A stretch of 64,000 nt of DNA, taken from the NCBI GenBank assembly GCA_963610315.1, contig CAVDMV010000005.1:22659-86658 (forward strand). Direction: 5' to 3'. This DNA comes from Acutalibacteraceae bacterium. Lineage in GTDB: Bacteria; Bacillota_I; Bacilli_A; RFN20; CAG-449. How positions within the stretch are numbered: the stretch's first letter is position 1; each line of letters begins with the position of its first letter. The position numbers and the translations under genes are program-made. The notes below the pieces were generated by a model that ran no database searches, was not told the origin of the DNA, and worked only from the letters and a program-made list of their open reading frames with translations. Below are positions 18,057 through 28,293 of the stretch, piece by piece.

Positions 18057-20960
18057 ATGTTTTCACGTTTAAAAAAATATCGTAAAAGTATTAACGCTAG
18101 AATAATTACTCCAATTATCCTAGTAACATTAGTTCAAAGTATTGTTGTTATAAGCGTACTTTATTTTAGCGTGATTAAAAATACTATCGATGTTTCCTTA
18201 ATCTCTTCATTTAAAAACGGCGTTACTGTAAGAAAGAATTATTTAGAAACATTAATTACTTCATCTTGGACTAATTTAGAATCATTTAGTTCATCTTTAA
18301 ATTCTAAGACTAATACTTATTTAGAAGAAAAAAATAAAACAGTTGATGATATTATTTCTAATTCAGATGATGCAAAAGATTATTTATATTACACATGTAA
18401 TTTAATTCCTGAACTCATTCAAAATAACCATGTTAATGATGCTTATTTTATTTTAAATAATAATTTTGAAAATGATGATAATAATCTCTTAACATATATT
18501 AGAACAACTAAACCTGGTCGAGTAATTAATAATGAAATTGAAGTTCTTTACGCACCATATGATGTATGGAGATATTATTCAACAGAGGGCTATGTAATTG
18601 ATAAAAATATCGATTCAAATGACTATAGTTCAATAAGTAATTATGAATTTGTTGATAATGCGATTAAATATATTTCTCCTTCTAATGAAAATTCTTCAAT
18701 ACATGGATATTGGTCATCTTTAACTAGAGTCGCGCATAATAAGGTATTAACTTATTCTATTCCTTTCTATTTTAATGATAAATGTTTAGGAGTATTTGGT
18801 ATTGGTATTACAGAAACTTATTTAAGAGATTCTTTATCTAAATTAAATACGGAGGAAGAAGATATTAACTTTGCTTTTATTAAAAAAGTAAATAATAATT
18901 ATCAAGATGGTTTTAAAGCTTATGTCGATTATTCTTTACCTGATTTAGATGATGTAGAACTAGAAGATTCTCTTTATGAAGGTACTAAGCAATTCTATAA
19001 TAATGGAAATCAAACATTCTACTATGAAGAAAAAATTGATCTTTATAATGGAGAGAATATCGATGGAGAAACTTGGTATATAGTTGGAATGGTCGCGTCC
19101 GATTATCTTTTCAGCGTTTCTTATACGACTAGAATTGAAGTAGTATTAATATATGGTATTTCATTCTTTATTATTATTTTAATCTATATCTTAATTGCTT
19201 ATTTAATTTCTCGACCAATAGTACGCGTATCTAATTCGTTAAATGATTTAAATATTTTAAATCTACCTATGACTAATGTCTTAGAAGTCGATAATTTATT
19301 AACAAAGATTAATGATATATCGAGCCGTAATATTTCGTTAAATAATAAACTTAATCGTTTAGTTGAAGATTCTGATTATACTATTTCCTTCTTTGAATAT
19401 TCTAAAAAAGATGATAAAGTTACTATTTCTAACCAATTCTTTGATATGCTAAATATTCCTTCTTTCCAAGAAGAATTAAGTTCAAGAACTTTTATTGCTA
19501 AACTAATGTCATTAAAAAATGATATTATTTCTTCTACATATGATAGATTTGATGAAGAAATTTTAAAATCATCAGGAGAAATAGTTTTCTTTGTTAATCA
19601 TAAATATTATGTTCGACTTAAGATCGTTTCTCAAGATGAAGGGGTAATTGCTTCTTTAATTGATTTAACGCGTGAATATCAAGAAAAAGAAAGAATCGCA
19701 CATGAAAGAGACTATGATGTCTTAACTGGTTTATTAAATAGAAGAGGATTTAGAAATAAAGTTCAACCTCTTTTTGAAAGAGAAGGAACTGGTTCATTTT
19801 TCTCTCTTGATGTTGATAATTTAAAATTCCTCAATGACCAATATGGTCATGATTTAGGTGATACTTATTTAAAGAAGGTTGGCTCATATCTAACTCAAAT
19901 TGAATCTAAATTTAATAATGTGAAAACGTGTCATGTTTCTGGTGATGAATTTATTATTTATCTATATGATTATACTGACTTAAAGGAAGAAAAATTAATA
20001 ATTGAAGAACTAGAAAAAATTAAGAATGAATACATCGATATATTCAATAAGAAAGTTTATATTTCTTTAAGTGTCGGTGTTTGCCGTAGAGAAAAAGGAA
20101 TTTCTTATGAAGAAGTTCGTAAAAGAGCGGATTATACTTTATATTCGGCTAAAAATGATGGTAAAAATAAGATTAATATATTTAATGAAGAAATATTATC
20201 AATGTATAAGAATGAAAGCGTTATGTATGATGATTTAAATAAACTCATACTTAATGAATCAGTCGATTTTGCTTATCAACCAATTGTCGATATTAATAGT
20301 GGGGAAGTCTTAGGTTACGAAGCTTTAATGAGACCTACTTTAGAAGGACTTAATCCAACTAATGTCTTAAATGCCGCGAAAAAGTATTATCGATTATATG
20401 ATATTGAAAGAATTACTTTATTTAATGCGACACAAAAATTTATTGATAGTAAATGCGATAAAGTATTATTTATTAATTCAATTTCTTCTCAAGTTCTTTC
20501 GGATCCCGATTTAGAGGAATATAAGAAAAGATTTAAAGCTCACTTTAATCATATTATCATTGAATTAATTGAAGAAGATTTTGGACAAAATAATGTTGTT
20601 AAAAAGAAGATTGCTTACATTAATGATAATGGCTTAAGATACGCGATAGATGATTATGGAACTGGATATAATAACATTGGTATGATCTTATCTTTTAATC
20701 CAACTTTAGTAAAAATAGAAGGTTCTTTAATTAGAAATATTGATAAAGATCAAAATAAAGAACGTTTAGCTAAATCAATTATCTCTTATTGTAGAGTCAA
20801 TAATATTAAGGTTGTGGCTGAATCAGTAGAAACGATTGAAGAACTTAAATTAGTTAAAACCTTAGGAGTAGATTACGTCCAAGGATATTTCTTAGGTCGA
20901 CCAAATTTAGAAATAAAAGATATTCCATTAGATAAGAAAGAAATCTTAAAAAATTTATAA
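18057..20960 (+). CDS. Membrane sensor with Cache-like periplasmic domain, degenerate GGDEF (SGDEF) and EAL domains (c-di-GMP phosphodiesterase-type)
   Basis: TM1 IITPIILVTLVQSIVVISVLYF, a ~330-aa extracytoplasmic region, then TM2 VVLIYGISFFIIILIYILIAYLI. GGDEF-domain start DVLTGLLNRRGF, with the motif reading HVSGDEFIIY. EAL motifs QPIVD, EALMRP, DDYGTGY, KIEGSLI and QGYFLGRP. Confidence 0.8.
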   Translation: MFSRLKKYRKSINARIITPIILVTLVQSIVVISVLYFSVIKNTIDVSLISSFKNGVTVRKNYLETLITSSWTNLESFSSSLNSKTNTYLEEKNKTVDDIISNSDDAKDYLYYTCNLIPELIQNNHVNDAYFILNNNFENDDNNLLTYIRTTKPGRVINNEIEVLYAPYDVWRYYSTEGYVIDKNIDSNDYSSISNYEFVDNAIKYISPSNENSSIHGYWSSLTRVAHNKVLTYSIPFYFNDKCLGVFGIGITETYLRDSLSKLNTEEEDINFAFIKKVNNNYQDGFKAYVDYSLPDLDDVELEDSLYEGTKQFYNNGNQTFYYEEKIDLYNGENIDGETWYIVGMVASDYLFSVSYTTRIEVVLIYGISFFIIILIYILIAYLISRPIVRVSNSLNDLNILNLPMTNVLEVDNLLTKINDISSRNISLNNKLNRLVEDSDYTISFFEYSKKDDKVTISNQFFDMLNIPSFQEELSSRTFIAKLMSLKNDIISSTYDRFDEEILKSSGEIVFFVNHKYYVRLKIVSQDEGVIASLIDLTREYQEKERIAHERDYDVLTGLLNRRGFRNKVQPLFEREGTGSFFSLDVDNLKFLNDQYGHDLGDTYLKKVGSYLTQIESKFNNVKTCHVSGDEFIIYLYDYTDLKEEKLIIEELEKIKNEYIDIFNKKVYISLSVGVCRREKGISYEEVRKRADYTLYSAKNDGKNKINIFNEEILSMYKNESVMYDDLNKLILNESVDFAYQPIVDINSGEVLGYEALMRPTLEGLNPTNVLNAAKKYYRLYDIERITLFNATQKFIDSKCDKVLFINSISSQVLSDPDLEEYKKRFKAHFNHIIIELIEEDFGQNNVVKKKIAYINDNGLRYAIDDYGTGYNNIGMILSFNPTLVKIEGSLIRNIDKDQNKERLAKSIISYCRVNNIKVVAESVETIEELKLVKTLGVDYVQGYFLGRPNLEIKDIPLDKKEILKNL

Positions 20961-20965
20961 TTACT

Positions 20966-20992
20966 AACTGCCTGAAAATGGCAGCTTTTTAA
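20966..20992 (+). terminator. Terminator
   Basis: Hairpin CTGCCTGAAAATGGCAG followed by TTTTT. Confidence 0.7.
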
Positions 20993-21085
20993 TTGATAAA
21001 AAAATATTAAAAACATGTATACAAGCTATTGAAAGCGGTTACAAATTGTTGTAAGATATTAATCGTGAAAGGAAAAACAAAACAT

Positions 21086-23146
21086 ATGAAAAAAAATTTA
21101 AAAGTTTTATGTGGTTTAGCTTTACTTGGAAGTGTAGTAGGTACAACAGTTGGCTGTGGTCCTCGTGAAAATCCATCTTCTTCCTCTAGTAGTAGCGAAT
21201 CTACATCATCACAAGATAGTTCTTCTACTTCTTCAAGTTCTTCAAGTTCATCTAGTTCTTCTGAAGTTAAGAAAATGTTAGAAAAATTAATTGTTGATGC
21301 AAGTTATGCAAAAACCAAATTTAATAAAGGAGAAGATTTCTCAACCGACGGCTTAGAATTAAGAGTCGGATATTCAGATGAATCTGATGGCATTATCTAT
21401 TATGAAAAACTACCTTTAACTAGCGAAGGAGTAAGCATTGATTCATCATCTTATAATAAAGATGCAGTCGGAACATACACCATTTCAGTTTCTTATACTT
21501 ATGATAAAGCAATTAGATATGGTGAATACGTTGTTGAAGTTGTTGATGAATATGACGGCCAATTAGGTATTGATGTCGCAATCGATAGCGCTGACGCAAC
21601 ATTAGCTTTAACTAGCGAAAATAAAACTGCAGATTTAACTTCCTTAGCTTCAAAATTAACTGTTAAAGAAGTTCTCGCAGATGGGACTTTATCTAGTGCG
21701 TTAGAACAAGATAAATACGAAGTTTCTTATTATTCAGGTAATACTAAATTAGATGATGCAACTGCAGTTAGTACAGCAGGTGTTTATCAAATCTGGGTAA
21801 AAACAACATTAACTAGAGATAGTAAGACATTTGACGTTTCTAATTTCGTCTTTGTTTATGTTACAAATGAATTAGTAAGCATTACTTTAAAATCTGATGT
21901 AGGTACATTTACTCAAGAATCAGGTAAAGATGTTATTTCTTCAACATGGGAATTTGTTGCTCATTACGCGAATGAAGAAACTAAAGAATTAACTGCTGAA
22001 GATGTAACAATTGATATTGATACTAAGACTGCAGGAACTGATAAGATAGCAACAGTTACTTATGAAGAAACTGATCCATTAGGAGTGAAAGCTTCTAAGA
22101 GTGTTGGAGTTCCTTATACAATTACTGCAAGTAAAGAAGTAACTACAACTTATGTATATAGATTTAATCCTGCAACTATTACTGAAACTTCAAAATTCAC
22201 AAAAGATATTGATTTAGTAACAGTTGATAAAGAAGGCGTCGCTACTGATACAGTGATGAAATATATTCCAGGATCAAGTGGTAGCCAAATGAAAGATAAG
22301 GCTAAAACATTCACTTTAACTGATGAAACTTCAGTTACTACTTCTAAGGTTTTACAAACTGGTGGAGCATCTAGTGGCTTAACTAGTAGAGTTATAAAAC
22401 TTGATTTACTAGGCGCAAGTGTTATTGATTTATATTTCAGTAGCACTGGTTCAGGAAAAACAGTTGCTGCTTCCTTATTAGATAATACAGGAACAGCAAT
22501 TACAACAACTGATAAAGCTGCTGATGGAGTTACAAAAACTACATTTGAAGTAGATAGTGCAGGTACTTATTATATTTCATTCGATAGTAGCGCAAATATC
22601 TATTATATTGATGTAACTACAACTGTTTCTAATAAACAAGCTAGAACTCCTGAATCATATAATATTACTGAATATACACCTGCTTTCACTGCAGGTGCAG
22701 CGGTTAATAATGTTACATTTGGTGAATTTATTACTTTTGTTGGAGCGGTAGCTAAAGACAAAGATGCTTCTCCTTATAGTAAAGCATGGCAACTAGCTAA
22801 TAAATTAAGCGAAAGTAATAATGTTACTTTAGATTTCTCTACTCTTGATGAAGGAGAAAATGCTACAGTAAAAGTTAAGTTCGCTAGTGGATCTAGTACT
22901 TTAGATGCACGAGCTTTAGGTTTCTTTAAAGCTAATGTATTAAGTGATGCAAACTTAATAACTGCAGTTACAGTTGCTGAAACAACAACTACAAAAGCTG
23001 ATAAAAATATAATGACTTTAGAATATACATTTACTAAAGGAACATATTATATTGGTAGCTTTATTTATAACGCAGATGGTACAACTATTAATACTGGTTC
23101 AAACAAAGGTATTAATATCTTTGCTATTAGCGTTGATTATGAATAG
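21086..23146 (+). CDS. Ser-rich surface lipoprotein with repeated Ig-like / beta-sandwich domains
   Basis: The start is the ATG at 21086 after RBS GAAAGGA. Lipobox LALLGSVVGTTVGCG, followed by a ~45-residue poly-Ser/Thr linker (21170-21290), then ~600 aa of T/V/S-rich beta-strand repeats. Confidence 0.6.
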   Translation: MKKNLKVLCGLALLGSVVGTTVGCGPRENPSSSSSSSESTSSQDSSSTSSSSSSSSSSSEVKKMLEKLIVDASYAKTKFNKGEDFSTDGLELRVGYSDESDGIIYYEKLPLTSEGVSIDSSSYNKDAVGTYTISVSYTYDKAIRYGEYVVEVVDEYDGQLGIDVAIDSADATLALTSENKTADLTSLASKLTVKEVLADGTLSSALEQDKYEVSYYSGNTKLDDATAVSTAGVYQIWVKTTLTRDSKTFDVSNFVFVYVTNELVSITLKSDVGTFTQESGKDVISSTWEFVAHYANEETKELTAEDVTIDIDTKTAGTDKIATVTYEETDPLGVKASKSVGVPYTITASKEVTTTYVYRFNPATITETSKFTKDIDLVTVDKEGVATDTVMKYIPGSSGSQMKDKAKTFTLTDETSVTTSKVLQTGGASSGLTSRVIKLDLLGASVIDLYFSSTGSGKTVAASLLDNTGTAITTTDKAADGVTKTTFEVDSAGTYYISFDSSANIYYIDVTTTVSNKQARTPESYNITEYTPAFTAGAAVNNVTFGEFITFVGAVAKDKDASPYSKAWQLANKLSESNNVTLDFSTLDEGENATVKVKFASGSSTLDARALGFFKANVLSDANLITAVTVAETTTTKADKNIMTLEYTFTKGTYYIGSFIYNADGTTINTGSNKGINIFAISVDYE

Positions 23147-23163
23147 AAAGGGATGATAGATTT

Positions 23164-26100
23164 ATGAAGAAAAAATTATTTTTACAAGGTTCAATTTTAT
23201 TATTATCTGCATTAACTATTACTTCTTTCTCTACAGGTAATACTCCTAAAGTAACGGCAGAAAATAAAACTCCAATTACAACAAATTCTAATAAAGTAAA
23301 TGATAATGTTTCAACTACTTATTATGTTTCTCCTACTGGTAGTAAAACTGGTGATGGAACTGAAGCGAATCCATATGATGTTGTTACATTATTAACATCC
23401 GCGGATATTTTAAAACCAGGTGATACTGTTATTCTTAAACAAGGTACATATTCATTAGGTGATGAAGATAGAATTAAGATTATTTCATCAGGTTCATTTG
23501 AAAAAGTTTTAACTATTAAAGGTGAAGGAGAAGTTAAACTTGATTTCTCTAAGATGAGATTTGATTCTAATAACCGCGGCGTAACTATTGCAGGTGATCA
23601 TATCCTTTGGACAAATATTGATATCTGTGGTGCTGGTGATAACGGTATGTATATCTCTGGTAATTACAATATTGTCTCAGATTGTGAATTCTATAATAAC
23701 CGTGACTCAGGTTTACAATTAGGTCGTGATAATTCAGAACAATCAAATATTGAAGATTGGCCAAGCTACAACCTCATCCAAAACTGTACATCATATAATA
23801 ACTATGATAATGAAACATTTGGTGAAAACGCTGATGGTTTCGCGGCTAAATTAACTGTTGGTTATGGTAACGTATTCGATGGATGTATCGCTTATAGAAA
23901 CTCTGATGATGGTTGGGATTTATATGCAAAAACTGATTCAGGTGATATTGGTTGTATTACTTTATATAACTGCGTATCTTTCGAAAATGGTTATTTATTA
24001 AATACAAAAGCAGAAAATAATGCTAGATTTGAAAAATATAATTCCGCATATGATGAAACTGAAACTAATTCATACATGACTAGAGATGGTGATGGTATTG
24101 GATTTAAATTAGGTGGATCTACTATGAGAGGCGACGTTAAGATGTTTAACTGTCTTTCATTCAACAATAGATTACATGGTGTTGGTGATAACTCTAACCC
24201 AGGTGTCTTATCAGTTGAAAATGTTACTTCTTATAATAACGCAGCAATTATTGATGATGATTCAACAAGTGCAAACTTTGGTAATATTATTCTTGGTACA
24301 TTAGATGGTGATTCTAAATCATCAAATATTGATATGGCTAGAACAGAAAATAGCTATAATAACTATAAAAATATCTTATCAGTTAAAAATGGTGGTTCTT
24401 CTTTAGCGGGAGATGCTTATAGAGGTTCAGCTGAATATTGTATCTTTGATGATGCGGCAGGAAATGCTTATAAAGTAGATTCTTATACTGATGCATCAAG
24501 TTATGTAACTTCAAAGAAAGGTACTAAAGAAACTTCAGTAGTCGCAAGTGATGTATTTGAAGCTTTACCTATTACTTGGACAACTGATGAAAGTGGAGCG
24601 ACTACTTATTCTTATTCTTTAACTGGTAAAAACAATACGACAGTCCATCAAACTTATCGTAATGAAGATGGCTCTATTAATATGGGCAACTTATTAAAGA
24701 TTAAAGACCAAACTAAATTATTTGGTAATGAACATAAGATTGGTGCTTCATTAAGTGAAACTAGCTACGTAGAATATACTCATCCATATGAAGAAATCGC
24801 TAACGCAACTAGTGATAAAGATTTCTTATTAATGGCTGCTAGAAACGCTTTATATTTAAATACTGATGAAGAAGCAGTCTATCAAGACTTTAACCTTATT
24901 ACTAAGATTTTAGGATGTAACGTCGCTTGGAGTTCTTCTGATACATCAGTCATTAAGATTGGTGCTTCATATAACGATTCTCGTTCATCTTCTGAATTTG
25001 TTAGAGCGATTGTTTATAGACCTAATGAAGATAAAGATGTTACATTAACTGCAACACTTGTCTATTATGGACAAACTATTACTCAATCATTTACTGTTAA
25101 AGTAAAGGCGGCTGCTCCAGAACTTGGCGAAATGAATGTTCTTGGCTTAGAAAAATCACGTATTATCGTTGATCAATACCAAGCTTATACTTTACCAGAA
25201 GTTCAAATTGAAGATGGCTCTGACTATAATGGTAAATTATTACCAAGTAGTTCATATTCTTTAAAAACTAAAGTTGAATATGCTTCTGATAAGAACGCAA
25301 CTTATCATGAAATCGCTCAATTTACGACTTCAAAAGCTGGTGTTTATAAGATTACAAAAACAGCAACATTAGGTGAAACATCATCTTCATTAACATTCTA
25401 TGTTTATGTTGCTAGTAAAGATGCAAATGTTGATTTTGAAAAAGATGGAACAGGTGCAAGTACTGCTTCAGTAATTGTTAATAAAACTGGTTATCGAATT
25501 GAAGGTAACTTAACTAATGTTACTGGTTCAATCTATGCATTATCTTCAAAAGACGCGATTAGTGATATTACTGCTGACTACGTTAAAGAACATGGTCAAG
25601 GTTACACATTTAGAGATGACTCAGTTGCTTGTTCATTTGAAAATAATAATAATGAAGGTTATCACATCTATTACGTATTAACTAACGCAAATGGTAAAGT
25701 TACTAGTGCAGTTTATGAAAAAGAAATTTCAACTGTTTCTATTTCAACTGCAGAAGAATTTAAAGCATTCGCGGCAAGTAACGAATCAACTAAGATTTAT
25801 ACTTTAGAAGCAGATATTGACTTATCTTCAACTACTTGGACAGGTAATGATTACACATTAAAAGGCTTATTAAATGGTAAAGGTCATACTGTTAAGAACG
25901 CAAATGTTGCTTCAGCAAGTAATGGTGCTTCCTTATTTAACAAAGCTTCTGGTGGTACTTTAGAAAATGTTAGATTTGAAAACTTAACATTTACTAATGC
26001 TTCAGGAAAACAAAGAGCAGGTATTATCGCTCAAGCTGAAAGAGGCGATTTCTATAACATTCAATTAAGAAATGTTGTTGCAACTGGAGGATCAGGTAGA

Positions 26101-26772
26101 AATGGTGCTTTAATCGCTCAAATCGTTGAAAAGAATGGTTCTGAAGTTAATATTGATCAAGTTTCATTAATTAACGATGCAGATAAAGTTATCGGTGGTA
26201 CTGCAGATGTCGGCGGTATTGTTGGTATGATTCAAGCTACATCAGGCTCATACGGAACAACTAGAATCTCTAATATTTATATTGATGCTACAATTTCAGC
26301 AGGTGGATCTAACTATGCAGGTTCTGTTGTTGGTAGATATGGTGAAAGAGAAAACGAAGTTCTAGAAATTAACCATGTATATTCAAAAGCAACCGTTAAA
26401 GGTAATACTTATGTTGGAGGTATTATCGGAGCTCACCAAAATTCTGCAGGTACAATGGATGTAAGATATTGTGCATTTACAGGTGAATTATATTATGGTT
26501 CTAACTTAGAAAAAGTTGTTTCTGCTCAAAAGAATTGTTCAAATATCGTTGGTAGATATTCAGGTGTTACAACATTATCAAAAGTTATTTGTTGTTATGC
26601 TCCATTTGAAGAAGCTAACTCAAATTATGATGTTAATGTCTATGATGTCGCTGATTTACAAAATGAATACTTCTATTCTCATAACATTGAATTAGATGTT
26701 AAAGATAGATGGACATTTGATGAAGCTACAAAAACTATTTCATTAAATTTCATTGATACTTGGTCTAAGTAA
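23164..26772 (+). CDS. Large secreted right-handed beta-helix protein (DUF1565 / pectate-lyase-fold) with C-terminal GLUG-motif repeats; putative polysaccharide lyase or adhesin
   Basis: Signal peptide MKKKLFLQGSILLLSALTITSFS. N-terminal YYVSPTGSKTGDGTEANPYDVVTLL...PGDTVILKQGTY is typical of pectate-lyase-like beta-helix proteins, followed by repeated N.xGxxI.G...N coils. The C-terminal region has GLUG-like repeats (KGLLNGKGHTVKN, VGGIVGMI, AGSVVGRY, VGGIIGAH). Confidence 0.6.
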   Translation: MKKKLFLQGSILLLSALTITSFSTGNTPKVTAENKTPITTNSNKVNDNVSTTYYVSPTGSKTGDGTEANPYDVVTLLTSADILKPGDTVILKQGTYSLGDEDRIKIISSGSFEKVLTIKGEGEVKLDFSKMRFDSNNRGVTIAGDHILWTNIDICGAGDNGMYISGNYNIVSDCEFYNNRDSGLQLGRDNSEQSNIEDWPSYNLIQNCTSYNNYDNETFGENADGFAAKLTVGYGNVFDGCIAYRNSDDGWDLYAKTDSGDIGCITLYNCVSFENGYLLNTKAENNARFEKYNSAYDETETNSYMTRDGDGIGFKLGGSTMRGDVKMFNCLSFNNRLHGVGDNSNPGVLSVENVTSYNNAAIIDDDSTSANFGNIILGTLDGDSKSSNIDMARTENSYNNYKNILSVKNGGSSLAGDAYRGSAEYCIFDDAAGNAYKVDSYTDASSYVTSKKGTKETSVVASDVFEALPITWTTDESGATTYSYSLTGKNNTTVHQTYRNEDGSINMGNLLKIKDQTKLFGNEHKIGASLSETSYVEYTHPYEEIANATSDKDFLLMAARNALYLNTDEEAVYQDFNLITKILGCNVAWSSSDTSVIKIGASYNDSRSSSEFVRAIVYRPNEDKDVTLTATLVYYGQTITQSFTVKVKAAAPELGEMNVLGLEKSRIIVDQYQAYTLPEVQIEDGSDYNGKLLPSSSYSLKTKVEYASDKNATYHEIAQFTTSKAGVYKITKTATLGETSSSLTFYVYVASKDANVDFEKDGTGASTASVIVNKTGYRIEGNLTNVTGSIYALSSKDAISDITADYVKEHGQGYTFRDDSVACSFENNNNEGYHIYYVLTNANGKVTSAVYEKEISTVSISTAEEFKAFAASNESTKIYTLEADIDLSSTTWTGNDYTLKGLLNGKGHTVKNANVASASNGASLFNKASGGTLENVRFENLTFTNASGKQRAGIIAQAERGDFYNIQLRNVVATGGSGRNGALIAQIVEKNGSEVNIDQVSLINDADKVIGGTADVGGIVGMIQATSGSYGTTRISNIYIDATISAGGSNYAGSVVGRYGERENEVLEINHVYSKATVKGNTYVGGIIGAHQNSAGTMDVRYCAFTGELYYGSNLEKVVSAQKNCSNIVGRYSGVTTLSKVICCYAPFEEANSNYDVNVYDVADLQNEYFYSHNIELDVKDRWTFDEATKTISLNFIDTWSK

Positions 26773-26775
26773 GAT

Positions 26776-26806
26776 ATTAAGGCTATCGAAAGGTAGCCTT
26801 TTTAAG
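26776..26806 (+). terminator. Terminator
   Basis: Hairpin AAGGCTATCGAAAGGTAGCCTT followed by TTT. Confidence 0.65.
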
Positions 26807-26876
26807 TGGAAAAACTAATTTTCTTTTATTAAAATCGTTAAAAGAGAGTATAATTTTATTTAAAAGAGGTTTACGT

Positions 26877-27638
26877 ATGAAAAAAAGAAAATTACCTGAA
26901 TACATGTTTACTAAGAAACAAGCCGCTATTTATAGTTGCTCAATGTTACTTTATCTTGGCTTTGTTCCTTTCTTAGTTTTAACAATTTTGACTAAGCAAT
27001 CAATTTATTCAATTATAGCTATTTGTTATATTGTTTTAGCTTTAATAGTCATTTTAATTATTAATACGCTTACTAATCCTTTACATAAAATGGAAAAAGA
27101 AAGAAATATAACTGGTGATGTAAAGAAATTTATTTTAGATGTAGAATCTTTAAAGAGTGATTTAGTAAAAGAAGAAACAATTAATTATTTAAATATTCTC
27201 TTAGTTAATGCCTATTTTAATGTTGATTTAAAAAAAGGTTTAGAGATGTTCCCATCATTAAAGAAACCAACAGTTAAGAAATTTGCTTATTATTATCAAC
27301 TTGTTGAAGTATGCTACCATATTAATAAAGATGAATTTGATAAAGCTAATGAATTAATTAATGTTTATAGAGATATTAATCCATATATTAAGAAATTAAA
27401 TAAAGATATTATTAAAATATATTCTACAAAAGAATATGTTATCGATAATATTGAAATGATGTTTCCTATTAATACTAAGAAAGTATTTTTAAATGTTAAT
27501 AATGCTGAAATATTATTAACTTATTATTCTTTAAGAGAGAATGAAAAAAAGGCTAAAGAATATGCTTCTTTTATTTTAAATAGTAATACTACAATGGAGG
27601 AATGTAATATTCACGCAAGAAAGGTATTAGGTGAATAA
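26877..27638 (+). CDS. Membrane protein, 2 TM plus alpha-helical cytoplasmic domain, unknown function
   Basis: Two hydrophobic helices (LLYLGFVPFLVLTIL and IIAICYIVLALIVILII), then a K/E/N-rich helical domain. Its stop abuts the start of the following HD gene. Confidence 0.4.
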   Translation: MKKRKLPEYMFTKKQAAIYSCSMLLYLGFVPFLVLTILTKQSIYSIIAICYIVLALIVILIINTLTNPLHKMEKERNITGDVKKFILDVESLKSDLVKEETINYLNILLVNAYFNVDLKKGLEMFPSLKKPTVKKFAYYYQLVEVCYHINKDEFDKANELINVYRDINPYIKKLNKDIIKIYSTKEYVIDNIEMMFPINTKKVFLNVNNAEILLTYYSLRENEKKAKEYASFILNSNTTMEECNIHARKVLGE

Positions 27639-27639
27639 A

Positions 27640-28221
27640 ATGAATCTTGTTGATAAAGCAATTATTTTTACAACTAAAGCATTTGAAGGAAAGACTAGAA
27701 AAGTTCGTCCTGTTCCTAGTATTTTACATTCTTTAGAAGTAGGTGTTATCGTTAGTAGTTTAACTACAAACGAAGAAGTTATTGCCGCGGGCATTCTTCA
27801 CGATGTAGTTGAAGATGCTTCCGTTAGTTTTAATACTTTAAAAGATGAATTTGGTGAATACGTGGCTAATTTAGTTTCTTCTGATACTGAAGATAAAAGA
27901 GTTAATATGCCAAAAGAAGAATCATGGTATATAAGAAAAAAAGAGACTTTAGATCGTATTAGAAATTCTCAAGATATCAATGAAAAATATATTATTTTAG
28001 GTGATAAATTATCAAATATTCGTTCAATGTATAATGATAGTAGGAATTATAAAGGAGATAATTTTTTTAATTCATTTAATCAAAAAGATCCTTTGATGCA
28101 TTATTGGTATTATAATGAAATTAGTAAAATACTTGTTGAACTAAATTATTCTCAAGCTTACGAAGAATATGTAAGCTTAGTAAAAAAAGTTTTTAAGAAA
28201 TATGTAAAGGAAGTCGATTAA
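27640..28221 (+). CDS. HD-domain (p)ppGpp-hydrolase-like protein (small alarmone hydrolase / RelA-SpoT hydrolase-domain homolog)
   Basis: HSLEVGVIVSSL......AAGILHDVVEDAS matches the RelA/SpoT HD hydrolase motif H..E.....L.HDVVED. There is no synthetase domain. The ATG is at 27640; the track ORF begins at a GTG at 27631. Confidence 0.6.
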   Translation: MNLVDKAIIFTTKAFEGKTRKVRPVPSILHSLEVGVIVSSLTTNEEVIAAGILHDVVEDASVSFNTLKDEFGEYVANLVSSDTEDKRVNMPKEESWYIRKKETLDRIRNSQDINEKYIILGDKLSNIRSMYNDSRNYKGDNFFNSFNQKDPLMHYWYYNEISKILVELNYSQAYEEYVSLVKKVFKKYVKEVD

Positions 28222-28293
28222 CGCGATTTCCTTTTTTTCATTGCTAAAATGTATTAATTTCATTATAATTAGTCATGGTTAACTCATTAAAGG

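Noticed and set aside
21170-21290. Repetitive TCT/AGT-rich DNA that could be mistaken for a tandem repeat or phase-variable tract
   Set aside because: It is in frame and encodes a poly-Ser/Thr linker of the lipoprotein. There are no unit-length repeats characteristic of SSRs or CRISPR.
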